DNA of 64,000 nt from the NCBI GenBank assembly GCA_965205025.1, contig CBDBFU010000012.1, positions 96,001 through 160,000 on the forward strand. Reading direction: 5' to 3'. Of the stretch, positions 31,085 through 40,655 are shown in pieces (positions within the stretch are counted from its first letter, which is position 1; each line of letters opens with the position of its first letter). The translations under genes were made by a program, and so were the position numbers. The notes beneath the pieces were generated by a model. The model worked only from the letters and a program-made list of their open reading frames with translations, had not been told where the DNA came from and searched no databases. The stretch comes from Candidatus Poribacteria bacterium. GTDB taxonomy: Bacteria > Poribacteria > WGA-4E > WGA-3G.

Positions 31085-32232
31085 AGATCTGTCTCCCACA
31101 CAGCCTCAGATACAACTTCAGATACTTTTGTACTGAATGATGTCAATCCTCCCCAATCTGAGACTTCCGCATCTATGTCTTCCGCATCTAATGTAGAGAT
31201 ATTTTTTACATTAACAACACCATCTTTCCGAGAAAAATAATAGGTTTTGAACGTTTTGGCATCCAAGATTGACTTCGTAAGGTCCTGGGAAAATGCACTT
31301 GTTTTCAAATCCAGCAGCTGTCTTAACCGTGTTGGAGCGTTTGTTGATTTAGCAATGAGTTGAATACCCCAGATGAGTTCTAAAATTTGTGTTGAATGGG
31401 TGGAAACGATCACTTTGTAGCCTCGCCTTAAAAGTTCCAAAAAAAGAAGGAGCAGTGCTGTGATTGCCTGGGGATGTAACCCCATTTCCGGCTCTTCAAT
31501 TATAACCCAATTCATGTTATTTTTCTTTTGTGCTTTTCCCGAAGGCATTAACCGGTACAGACCCAGTAATAAAGGCGCGAATTCTCTCTGACCTGTAGAC
31601 CACACCATAAATGGTAGTTGTGTATCTGCAACATCTAATACAATCCGTTTCCGCAATCCGGATCTATCCAATTTCACCTTAGCTTCTCCAAAGATACTTT
31701 TCCCGATTGAATCTCGAATTGTTTTATTCATACGACCTTCTTGTGGAAAGATAGCCCTTTCGCCAGAACCTAAACCTGCTTCCATCAGCAGGCGCAATTG
31801 TTCGCTGAACTCCTTAACGACGAACGGATCGCTGGTTCCATAGTCTGTAAAAGCGCGCGGCCACCCATCTTTGAGTGTTATAACACGGTGTGCCGGTATA
31901 AGAAAAAGACTCTCATCTTTCTTTCTCCTTAATAACGCTTTTTGAGGTGTAAAATCCACATTATCAACGATGACTTTTGTCTCATCCTTGTTCCAAATCC
32001 TTTCCATCCCTTCGCCGAAATAAAGTGACATATAATTTTCGGTCTTGTTTTGCCAATCAAAACCGTGTTTTTTGAGCGTTTGTGTAATACCACCTGCGTC
32101 TGAAATTAATTTCATAAGTTGGAGCAGAATACTCTTTCCACTTGCTTGTTCACCGACAAATACCGTCAAATCTCCAAGCGTGATATCGGCTTCACGAATT
32201 TGTCCTAACGAAGTCACCGTAAGACGTTTCAT
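31081..32232 (-). CDS. ABC-type ATPase (AAA_15/AAA_21-like)
   Basis: Walker A GEQASGKS, signature-like STGQRE, Walker B IIEEPEMGLHP, H-loop STHS. Confidence 0.9.
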   Translation of the reverse strand: MKRLTVTSLGQIREADITLGDLTVFVGEQASGKSILLQLMKLISDAGGITQTLKKHGFDWQNKTENYMSLYFGEGMERIWNKDETKVIVDNVDFTPQKALLRRKKDESLFLIPAHRVITLKDGWPRAFTDYGTSDPFVVKEFSEQLRLLMEAGLGSGERAIFPQEGRMNKTIRDSIGKSIFGEAKVKLDRSGLRKRIVLDVADTQLPFMVWSTGQREFAPLLLGLYRLMPSGKAQKKNNMNWVIIEEPEMGLHPQAITALLLLFLELLRRGYKVIVSTHSTQILELIWGIQLIAKSTNAPTRLRQLLDLKTSAFSQDLTKSILDAKTFKTYYFSRKDGVVNVKNISTLDAEDIDAEVSDWGGLTSFSTKVSEVVSEAVWETDL

Positions 32233-32396
32233 AATTTGTCTACTCCTTTAATGCTTACAAACAATTACCCAAAAAACTAATTCTAATTTGTACTTCTATT
32301 CTACCCGACGTAATTTATCTATTCACTGATAGATTATACCATTTCTGGTATTTAAAGTCTCATTTATAGAATCTCTTTAATGTAGCACAAACTTCC

Positions 32397-32508
32397 TGAA
32401 GATTAAGTAAATATTTCGGTAATTCTATTCTTCCCAAACCCGGTAGGTGCGGTTTCCTAACCGCACTGGATCTTTCTACAAATTGCCGAATTTAAAAATT
32501 AATCTTCA
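32397..32508. mobile_element. MITE-like element with IS630-type ends and an internal REP hairpin
   Basis: Terminal IR TGAAGATTAA...TTAATCTTCA. Core GTAG-GTGCGGTT-tcct-AACCGCAC at 32443-32466. Confidence 0.7.
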
Positions 32509-32884
32509 TCCAGTTTGTGTAGTATTTCAAGACATCAATATCACCTAATCATGGGAGAATTATTTATAGAAATAGTATTACATCTGCCAACATCCAGGAT
32601 CCGACATTCACTCACCACCGATAGCAAATTGCGAAATACCACTGTTATCTTCTTGTAATGGATAGCACGTATAATAGAAAACTGACGAGAGGACAAGCGA
32701 AATAGTTTGTTATTACCTTCGTGGAATTCCCATACAGGTTCAACTATCCTATACCAATGTTTCTTATATATTTCGCTATTGGTTACTATAGTTTGGACAA
32801 TTCTTATTTATATGAAAGTTGAGCTTCTAATGATAAGTCTATTTTTTGTTAGTTTTCTTTATCTGTGGAATCCTACAAAATACC

Positions 32885-32951
32885 GCACTCCAGCGGAGTG
32901 CAATGTCTATAGAAAACATGATCGATAAATTCTTGCACTCCAGCGGAGTGC
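32885..32951. repeat. Two copies of the GCACTCC-agc-GGAGTGC hairpin repeat (third copy at 57014-57030)
   Basis: Identical 17-bp palindromes at 32885 and 32935, each followed by AATGT. Confidence 0.85.
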
Positions 32952-33100
32952 AATGTTTCGATACACTACATACCGCTCTGCTGGAGCAATGGGTTTCATT
33001 CTTGTATTGTGTCAGAATTTAGAACAGAAGAAGTAAACCGATTTTTTATATCAAGTTCACGCATGAAAAATGTCCAAACTATAGTATTGGCTAATAGAAA

Positions 33101-33136
33101 ACACAATATTGTTGACCAGAGTCAATAATATTGTGT
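33101..33136. terminator. Hairpin, probable terminator of the GH32 gene
   Basis: ACACAATATTGTTGAC-caga-GTCAATAATATTGTGT, 14 nt past the stop. Confidence 0.55.
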
Positions 33137-33150
33137 AATATAATGGATAT

Positions 33151-34707
33151 TTACTCGTAGATATTCTTCATCTGCCATGCGTCAAGAGATATAAGCTCAG
33201 AAGCTTGACCTTGGGATCGTAAAGACACCCCGACACTATCCCCTCTATCAGGATATACACGCATTGCTACACATTGTCGACCATTTGCGAACACCTCAAC
33301 AACACTTTTGTCAACAAAAACCCGTAGCTTGAGTGTTTCGTCTCCTAAGATAGATAAACCACCCGTTTCAGGTGCCCGGGAACGTACATCTGGGGCAATT
33401 GACGAATACGAGGAATCAATGGTAAGTAGGCTCTCACGTACATTTCTATCTGAATTGTGGTTATTCATACCACGTTCTCTGAAGAATGCGATCCTGGTGA
33501 ATTCCTCTTTGTTGGGAGAACGCAGAACATTAAGCTCAACCATAGGTGCACCCTTTACATCAATTTCAAGATCAAGTTCCATCGCATTACCGTTTATACC
33601 ATCAAGAACAACTTCTTCATTTGCAGGTAGTGTAGTTGCATCTACATGCAGATGATCATAACGCAACGACTCAATATCACCTGCTGGTTCTACACCTAAA
33701 TCATCTCTTGAGAGTAGTGTTAAACGACGGGGTAAGGTCATAATTTGGTTCCAACCCTTAGTTGGTTTTGCGGGATTCATGTTGTATATAACAATGACAC
33801 CACCGTTACCATCAGGTGTAGCAGAAGGAGCATGTACACCGGCAGGGGAAGCAGCACCGAAATTATTTTTTGCCCCTCCTGTAACGACAAACTTGTCACG
33901 GGCTTTGTCGTAATCACCAAGTAGATATTGTCCACCACTCATATGACTAAAGAAGAGTAGAATGTGACGATCACCGATTGGCCAGAAATATGGACATGCA
34001 CCGTCATCACCTACCAATGTGAATTGATCATCTTCAACGAAGGGATGCAGATACACCCAGTTGGCTAAGTCTGCTGAACGGAGTAGGAAATTAGCACGAA
34101 CAGGCTTCCCACCCGGACCGTGCGGTAGTGTACCACCTGATAGAGAATAATACATGTCATCCTTTTTCCAAATACATGGATCGAAAACACGATAAACAGG
34201 TGTTGTTCCATCCGCGTGTCTTGATGGGATGACTGCTTTACCAGATACCTTTTCCCAATTGAGTAGAAGCGGATCACTTGATACAGCTACCATGTTCCCA
34301 ACAACAGTGCCATGATACATCGCTATTACACGGTCTTCTTCAACATAGGTCGAACCAGAGAAACAGCAACGTTCAGGGTTAGGATAGATTGCATAAGGTA
34401 AATCATGCCAGTGGATTAAGTCTTCACTAATTGCGTGTCCCCAATGTTGCCGAGTATCCTCGGGCGGATATGCTTGATAGAATAGATGCCACCGCCCCTG
34501 CCAGAAACACAGACCATTTGGATCATTGAGCATGGCTTCTGGGTTGATATAGTGGTAGATCGGACGATGTGGATCACCTTCAAATGCTTTCCGTGCATCG
34601 TTCATTCGTTGTAATAGAGGGTTTGATTCTAATTCTTTTTCCTGTTCTTCAAGCGTTTCTGAATATGTATAATGTGGAACTTTAGAGGTAAAATCTTCGT
34701 TTGCCAT
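33151..34707 (-). CDS. Glycoside hydrolase family 32-like protein
   Basis: RP.YH...P...LNDPNG, HLFYQ, HWGHA.S.DL.HW, FSGS, C-terminal L.VFVD.SVVEVF.N. Confidence 0.9.
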   Translation of the reverse strand: MANEDFTSKVPHYTYSETLEEQEKELESNPLLQRMNDARKAFEGDPHRPIYHYINPEAMLNDPNGLCFWQGRWHLFYQAYPPEDTRQHWGHAISEDLIHWHDLPYAIYPNPERCCFSGSTYVEEDRVIAMYHGTVVGNMVAVSSDPLLLNWEKVSGKAVIPSRHADGTTPVYRVFDPCIWKKDDMYYSLSGGTLPHGPGGKPVRANFLLRSADLANWVYLHPFVEDDQFTLVGDDGACPYFWPIGDRHILLFFSHMSGGQYLLGDYDKARDKFVVTGGAKNNFGAASPAGVHAPSATPDGNGGVIVIYNMNPAKPTKGWNQIMTLPRRLTLLSRDDLGVEPAGDIESLRYDHLHVDATTLPANEEVVLDGINGNAMELDLEIDVKGAPMVELNVLRSPNKEEFTRIAFFRERGMNNHNSDRNVRESLLTIDSSYSSIAPDVRSRAPETGGLSILGDETLKLRVFVDKSVVEVFANGRQCVAMRVYPDRGDSVGVSLRSQGQASELISLDAWQMKNIYE

Positions 34708-35002
34708 AGTTTCTCCTCTGTATAAAGAGAATATAAGATTTTATGTTTAACATATCATAGCAATCGTCATCTGTCCAGAATTTTTAATATCTAACATCTA
34801 TGTAAATTATTGGATAACCGGTGTGTTGGGAGGGTTGATGAGAGATAGGAAGATAGATTGATAAGAATCATTCTGCTTAACCAATCGTGTTTGAAATTTC
34901 ATTTAGAGATAGATGAAAGAATCTGATATACTGAGAAAGGTATTAAGTGGAAAGGCGGGTAATTGAGAAGGATCTAATAAACTTATTAAAGATTATGAAG
35001 CA

Positions 35003-35857
35003 CTACCAGATGAATTGAATTTTATGACTTCCTCCCAGCAGATATTGTGATGGAGTAATGTTATCCTTAGCCACTTGGTAATACTCTGGTAAGATTTCTA
35101 TGCCAGCAGAATTTCTATGTAAGTCATGAGCGACTCGGCAGGTAGTCCCGGAACCTGCAAACGGATCTAATACCCAGTCATTCTCTTTCGTAAACAGTTT
35201 AATGAACCATTCAGGTAAGGTCTTTGGAAAGACAGCACTATGATTACGATTGCCAGTTTCTGTTGCTAAATGCAATACATTCGTGGGATATGCCATTTTA
35301 CGGTCTAACCAATTTGAAACATTTTTACCAAATCCACTCCCTACCTTTGAGGTGTCCCTGGTTTGGTCAGTCTTACTTAGTTTTTTTAGTCTTCTCTCAG
35401 CCCAATCTCCCATAGGTACCATAACCTCATCTTGGTACATATTGAAGTTTTTCTCTTTATTAAATTGGATACACCTTTCCCAAGCATCTCTGAAACGATT
35501 AGGCCATTTCCCTGGGTAACTATTTTTCTTATGCCAAACGAATTCCTCTGTCCATAGCCAACCTTGCCTTTTCATCTCAAGTATAAGCTCAATTACATAG
35601 GTGTGTCGTTCTCCATTAACTGCCTTCTCTTTTATATTCAGGATGAATGTTCCACAAGGTTTAAGGACTCTCAGGAATTGTTCAGCTCGCGGCATAAACC
35701 AATTAACATATTCCTCAGGTTTTATACCTCCATAGGTCTTAGATCGTCTATCTGCATACGGTGGAGAGGTCACAATAAGATCAATGGAATCCGCATCAAA
35801 GTCCTGAAGGATATCTAAGCAGTCACCAAGATATAGGTCTGTTTTTATTTCTCTCAT
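35003..35857 (-). CDS. Site-specific DNA methyltransferase, beta class (likely N4-cytosine)
   Basis: DLIVTSPPY precedes HSAVFP and VLDPFAGSGTT. Confidence 0.9.
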   Translation of the reverse strand: MREIKTDLYLGDCLDILQDFDADSIDLIVTSPPYADRRSKTYGGIKPEEYVNWFMPRAEQFLRVLKPCGTFILNIKEKAVNGERHTYVIELILEMKRQGWLWTEEFVWHKKNSYPGKWPNRFRDAWERCIQFNKEKNFNMYQDEVMVPMGDWAERRLKKLSKTDQTRDTSKVGSGFGKNVSNWLDRKMAYPTNVLHLATETGNRNHSAVFPKTLPEWFIKLFTKENDWVLDPFAGSGTTCRVAHDLHRNSAGIEILPEYYQVAKDNITPSQYLLGGSHKIQFIW

Positions 35858-36133
35858 ATTATGTAGGTAGTTAGTTAAATTGGATGGAAAAAGGCATACT
35901 TCTTGGTTCTTTTTTTGGTTCTTTTTATTACTTGTAGATCATTTAAATTCAACAAAGATTGCAACATTATTAACAGAGTTACTTCCTTCAATATATGTCA
36001 AATTATAGCATATAAAATAGTTGTAAACAATTGAATACTATTAATTGCTTTCATCTTCTGTAGACGGGATTCCGATCTCCGACTTCTCTTCTGTAGGAGG
36101 GGATTCCGAACACAACGTTATTTGTACAAGATA

Positions 36134-36369
36134 CCTCTTCTCCGCGTAATCCGTGATTCAGAAAAAACACCTCTTTGTACCACAAACTTTATGAGGATTA
36201 AATAAATAGTTCTGTAATCCTAATTTTCCCAAACCCGGTAGGTGCGGTTTCCTAACCGCACTGAATATTTCTCCAAAACTACCGAATTAAATAATTAATC
36301 TTTATTTAGTTTGTGATCTTACTCCTTCCCCTCTCAAAACCCTCTTCTCCGTGTAATCCGCGATTCAGA
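36134..36369 (+). repeat. 29-bp direct repeat (36134-36162 and 36341-36369) bracketing a MITE copy
   Basis: CCTCTTCTCCGYGTAATCCGYGATTCAGA twice, 2 mismatches. Confidence 0.75.
36192..36304. mobile_element. Second copy of the IS630-ended MITE with REP hairpin
   Basis: TGAGGATTAA...CCCAAACCCGGTAGGTGCGGTTTCCTAACCGCACTG...TACCGAATTAAATAATTAATCTTTA. Confidence 0.7.
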
Positions 36370-37244
36370 CAACCCAAACGGATCAGACATTCTTATATAA
36401 TATTCAAAAAAAATTGAAGAAAACACCCATCTCTGACAACTAACATACATATATCACAAAAACAGAAAAACATATTAATAATATTTGTCAAAATGAAAAT
36501 AAAATTCGGGGTTATGGAAAAAAGATTATAGGTTAGAACACAAACTAAAAAACAGTATCCAAAAACGAATAATTCCAGTCTACATATTCGTAGGAAAATA
36601 AACATGACTATCTATAAAAAAGATCCTAATTACAAAGTTTTATATACCTCAAAAAAGCATACATTTTTAACCGGCAGGAATGTAAAATCAGAAAGGACAA
36701 CAAAAACACAAAATCACACATTTTTGAATTTCTTATAAAGTTAATTCAAACTGGAGTAAAGCCAGTCTATGACAGGGATTACAGGGGTAATTTACGCCAA
36801 TTTCAATGTCACACTGTGTGACAAAAAGTGTAACTTTTTTCAGCTTTTCGATGCATAGAGTGAGACAACGACATCACGATCTACTGTCTGAGTATTTAGG
36901 ATTAAAAGACTATTTTTATACCTTATTTTCTGGCTATATATTAGGATTAAATATCTGTTTTATGACTTCTTTACCATGAGAAAATATTAGTTATTGAAGA
37001 ATATTCTCAAGACCAATATATGACATTATATACAAATACAAAGTACAACAAAAGATTGGGATAAATATAGGCATACAGATCTAATAGCAGCGTATTATTT
37101 AGTGAAAAACTCTACAAAACCCTATTAATGGTATCGGAGAACGTTCAGGATTTGACCAGATCTTCAATGAATGATAGAATGCAAATAAACAGTTTGAATT
37201 ACCAAGGATGTATTTCGTACTCATCAAAAATTAGGAGAAGACCA

Positions 37245-38243
37245 GTGAATACTAACGATAAACAATCCATAAAGAAAGCAGATATGCATGTCGGTGTTCA
37301 AGGTATTGGAACTTCAAAGAAAGAATTAGAATTTCTGGTGCGGCACGGGGTTACACATATGGATGCATCAGTCAGAGGAACTGAACCAGAAACACTGATA
37401 GAACACAAGGCTGAAGCAGAGGCAGCAGGTGTCAGTCTTGAGATGATTCACATTGGATTGCCAAGAAGCATTACACTCGCACAAGATCCACAGCGAGACA
37501 AGGACCTTGATGGAGTATGCACCACTATAGAAAATGCTGCAAAAGCAGGTTTACGAGGTTTAAACTATAATTTCTGTATCCTAAATCATCAACGAACCGA
37601 GAGTACAATAGGACGGGGTGGTTCCAGTTATAGTACATTTGACCTGTCAAAATACGATAACGATACTTTATCCGAGGCTGGCGAAGTAAGCCGTGCGGAA
37701 GCATTTGACAGGATAGGTTATTTTCTTGAAAGAGTAATACCTGTTGCTGAAGAAAACAATATCCAAATGGCATGTCATCCTAATGATCCACCTGCACCAG
37801 TATTACGCGGTGTGGAAAGATGGAATTACCCCATATTTGACGGATTAAAACGGTACAGTGAGATAGTGGATAGTCCTTATAACGGTTTTAACTTCTGCTG
37901 TGGTGTTGTTTCGGAAGGATTAGACGATCCCGGTACAGAATTGTATGAAATCATAGAGTATTTCGGTAAACGTAAAAGGATATTCAATATCCATTTTCGG
38001 AATATTAAGGGAGGATTACATAATTTCCAGGAGGTATGGCCAGATGAGGGAGATGTTGATATGTTTCGAGTTGCAAAGACCTTGCATGATGTAGAATATC
38101 CTTACATGTTGATGCCTGACCATGCTCCATCACATCCAGATGATAAATCACCTGAAGGTGTTTCTGGTCGTGTTCGTCAAGCATGGGCATACCAATTTGG
38201 ATATATAATTGCATTGATTCAAGCAGTTAATTCCATGAATTGA
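37245..38243 (+). CDS. Mannonate dehydratase (UxuA)-like protein
   Basis: YNF, FLERVIPVAEE..I.MACHPNDPP, SPYNG.NFC.G, IHFRNI.G, E...DEGDVDM, MPDH.P. GTG start follows AGGAG. Confidence 0.85.
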   Translation: MNTNDKQSIKKADMHVGVQGIGTSKKELEFLVRHGVTHMDASVRGTEPETLIEHKAEAEAAGVSLEMIHIGLPRSITLAQDPQRDKDLDGVCTTIENAAKAGLRGLNYNFCILNHQRTESTIGRGGSSYSTFDLSKYDNDTLSEAGEVSRAEAFDRIGYFLERVIPVAEENNIQMACHPNDPPAPVLRGVERWNYPIFDGLKRYSEIVDSPYNGFNFCCGVVSEGLDDPGTELYEIIEYFGKRKRIFNIHFRNIKGGLHNFQEVWPDEGDVDMFRVAKTLHDVEYPYMLMPDHAPSHPDDKSPEGVSGRVRQAWAYQFGYIIALIQAVNSMN

Positions 38244-38371
38244 TTTTCTGATGCATCTGAACTTCAGATCTCTCCGATTGGTGTACCGATGGGTGCACCC
38301 GCTGTATGGTGTGAAATTGTAGATTGAGAAGTCCTTAGATATACTCAATAAAACTAAACAAGGAGATAAAT

Positions 38372-39652
38372 ATGGCAAAGTCACCAAACATTGTTTTTAT
38401 TCTTGCTGACGATCACGGTTATGGTGATATCTCAGCACATAATGGACCCTCAATTCAAACACCACATATTGATAGGATCGCAGAAGACGGTATACGACTT
38501 ACCCAATTCTATGCAAACTCCTCTGTCTGTTCACCAAGTCGTGCATCGCTCATGACGGGTCGCTATCCGGATAGAGTTGGTGTTCCAGGTGTTATACGCA
38601 CACATCCAGAAAACAATTGGGGATATTTTCGACAGGATGCTATCACACTCCCATCTATATTAAAAGAGAAAGATTACAAGACATCCCTAATTGGTAAGTG
38701 GCATCTCGGACTTGAAGATGAAAATCACCCATGTAAAAGAGGATTTGATTATTTTCACGGCTTTCTCGGTGATATGATGGATGACTATTACACGCATCTT
38801 CGCCATCAGAATAACTATATGCGTCGTGATTTTGAAACAATTGACCCAAGAGGACACGCTACCGATCTATTCTCGGATTGGAGTGTTGAGTTTATCCAAG
38901 AACAATCACAATCCACACAACCCTTCTTTCTATATCTTGCTTATAATGCACCGCACACCCCGATCCAACCACCGAATGATTGGGTTGATAGAGTGAAGGA
39001 TCGTGAACCAGATATTTCAGAACAACGGGCAAAATATATAGCACTTGTTGAGCACATGGATGCTGGTATTGGACGGGTTCTTGATTCACTTGAAAAAACC
39101 AATCAACTCTCCAATACTCTTGTCATATATACTTCTGACAACGGAGGTCAAATGGGGGTTGGGGCACATAACGGTCCACTTCGAGGTCAGAAGGGTGAAA
39201 TGTATGAAGGCGGTATACGTGTACCTACCTGTGTCATGTGGGAAGGACATATTCCTGAAGGTTATGTATCAAATCAAGTGGGTATGATAATGGATTTTTA
39301 TCCTACACTCTGTGAAATTACGGGTATACCTATAAACCATGAAATTGAGGGACAGTCAATTTTGAAAACATTGCAAGGCGAAAAACAGGATTTATCCGAA
39401 CGTCTACTCTACTGGATACGAAGAGAGGGAGGACAACAGTTCTTAGGAGATTGCCAACATGCTGTTAGACAGGGGGACATAAAACTGCTACATAACAGAC
39501 CTTTTGAATCCCTTGAACTTTATGACTTATCAAACGATCCGATGGAAGCTACCGATACTGCCAAAACGAATACTGATCTTTTTAAAGAGATGGGGAATCT
39601 TTTCCAGCAAGAGACACAGAAATCAGGGGGCATTCCTTGGCAAAAAGCATAA
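38372..39652 (+). CDS. Sulfatase (arylsulfatase A-like)
   Basis: PNIVFILADD.GYGD, CSPSRASLMTGRY, GKWHLG, YNAPHTP, TSDNGG. Confidence 0.95.
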   Translation: MAKSPNIVFILADDHGYGDISAHNGPSIQTPHIDRIAEDGIRLTQFYANSSVCSPSRASLMTGRYPDRVGVPGVIRTHPENNWGYFRQDAITLPSILKEKDYKTSLIGKWHLGLEDENHPCKRGFDYFHGFLGDMMDDYYTHLRHQNNYMRRDFETIDPRGHATDLFSDWSVEFIQEQSQSTQPFFLYLAYNAPHTPIQPPNDWVDRVKDREPDISEQRAKYIALVEHMDAGIGRVLDSLEKTNQLSNTLVIYTSDNGGQMGVGAHNGPLRGQKGEMYEGGIRVPTCVMWEGHIPEGYVSNQVGMIMDFYPTLCEITGIPINHEIEGQSILKTLQGEKQDLSERLLYWIRREGGQQFLGDCQHAVRQGDIKLLHNRPFESLELYDLSNDPMEATDTAKTNTDLFKEMGNLFQQETQKSGGIPWQKA

Positions 39653-39845
39653 TTAATTTCTCAATTTAAAGGTTTTAAATGTGAGCCTATTTCAAATATT
39701 TATTCTCGTTCCAGGTTAAATGAGGTAGAATAAAAAGGATGCATCTCTCATCAGAAATCTATCCTTAGAAATTACTATCTTTTGGATATAAAATGACTCT
39801 TTAATGGTGGTGTATACAATGTATACATTCGTTATTTCGTTAACA

Positions 39846-39874
39846 TTGACATGCCGTAAAATCCGTTGTATAAT
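39846..39874 (+). promoter_or_regulatory. Consensus sigma70 promoter of the grpE-hsp70-J-like operon
   Basis: TTGACA-N17-TATAAT exact match. Confidence 0.75.
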
Positions 39875-39938
39875 CAAACAAAAACAACTTGAATGTATAA
39901 TAGTCATTCCTACATCATAGGTATGAGAGAATTCAGTT

Positions 39939-40655
39939 TTGAGCAGTGAAATGAATAACGATCTTGATGCAAAATTAAAAAAAATCTTGGATAGTGAAAC
40001 AAACTTAGATACGGATAAACCTGATGACACAGTAGATACTGTTGGAGATACCCCAATGGAGGACATGGAATTACATCAGATAAATACACTTACTGAGATT
40101 AACCAGTCTTTGACGGTATTACTCGAATTATTTGAAAAACACATATCTGGAAATCAGAATCAAGTCCAGATGTTTGATAAAATGTATGCCGAAATGAAGG
40201 ACTATAAAGAGAGTTTTCTACTTGAAGTACTTCATAAACCGGTTATCCATAACTTAATTCAACTCTACGATAGTTTTGTATCACTTGAATCTCAGCTTAC
40301 TAACCTTATTGATGAGAATAATGATAACACACTATTAAATGAGTTGGGGCAATATAGTAGTAATTTACAGAATTTTCGTTTTGAACTTGAAGAAGTTTTA
40401 TACCGCATGGATGTAACACCCTATAAGGATTCACCAGATACATTGGATAGGCAGTTACACAAGACACGGAAAGTCATATCTACTGACGATCCAAATTTGG
40501 ATCAGAAAGTAGCAGAAGTGCATAAAATTGGATTCTATTGGCGTGAGAAAGTATTTCGTCCGGAAGATGTAACCATTTATCGTTATACGGCCTCCACAGA
40601 AAAATCTGAACATCGTAATACTAAACATTCTTCAGATCAGCAAAGGGGAGATTAA
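39939..40655 (+). CDS. GrpE-like nucleotide exchange factor
   Basis: Long N-terminal helix, LIQLYD, then LD..LH...V.....D..VAEV.K.GF.W..KV.RPEDV.IY (GrpE beta head). The stop abuts the hsp70 ATG. Confidence 0.8.
   Translation: MSSEMNNDLDAKLKKILDSETNLDTDKPDDTVDTVGDTPMEDMELHQINTLTEINQSLTVLLELFEKHISGNQNQVQMFDKMYAEMKDYKESFLLEVLHKPVIHNLIQLYDSFVSLESQLTNLIDENNDNTLLNELGQYSSNLQNFRFELEEVLYRMDVTPYKDSPDTLDRQLHKTRKVISTDDPNLDQKVAEVHKIGFYWREKVFRPEDVTIYRYTASTEKSEHRNTKHSSDQQRGD

Noticed and set aside
32550-32740. Possible methyltransferase remnant on the minus strand (...CRILDVGRC...)
   Set aside because: Only a short motif-like match without a clear start. Insufficient without a database search.
32707-32928. 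73-aa hydrophobic ORF (also 36393-36605 and 39716-40066)
   Set aside because: These are low-complexity AT-rich or antisense ORFs that run into repeats or real genes, with no RBS or motif support.
32885-32990. Mini CRISPR array (two 23-bp repeats 50 bp apart)
   Set aside because: Only two direct copies plus a degenerate inverted one. The same palindrome is dispersed at 57014 and there are no cas genes, so it is a REP-like repeat.
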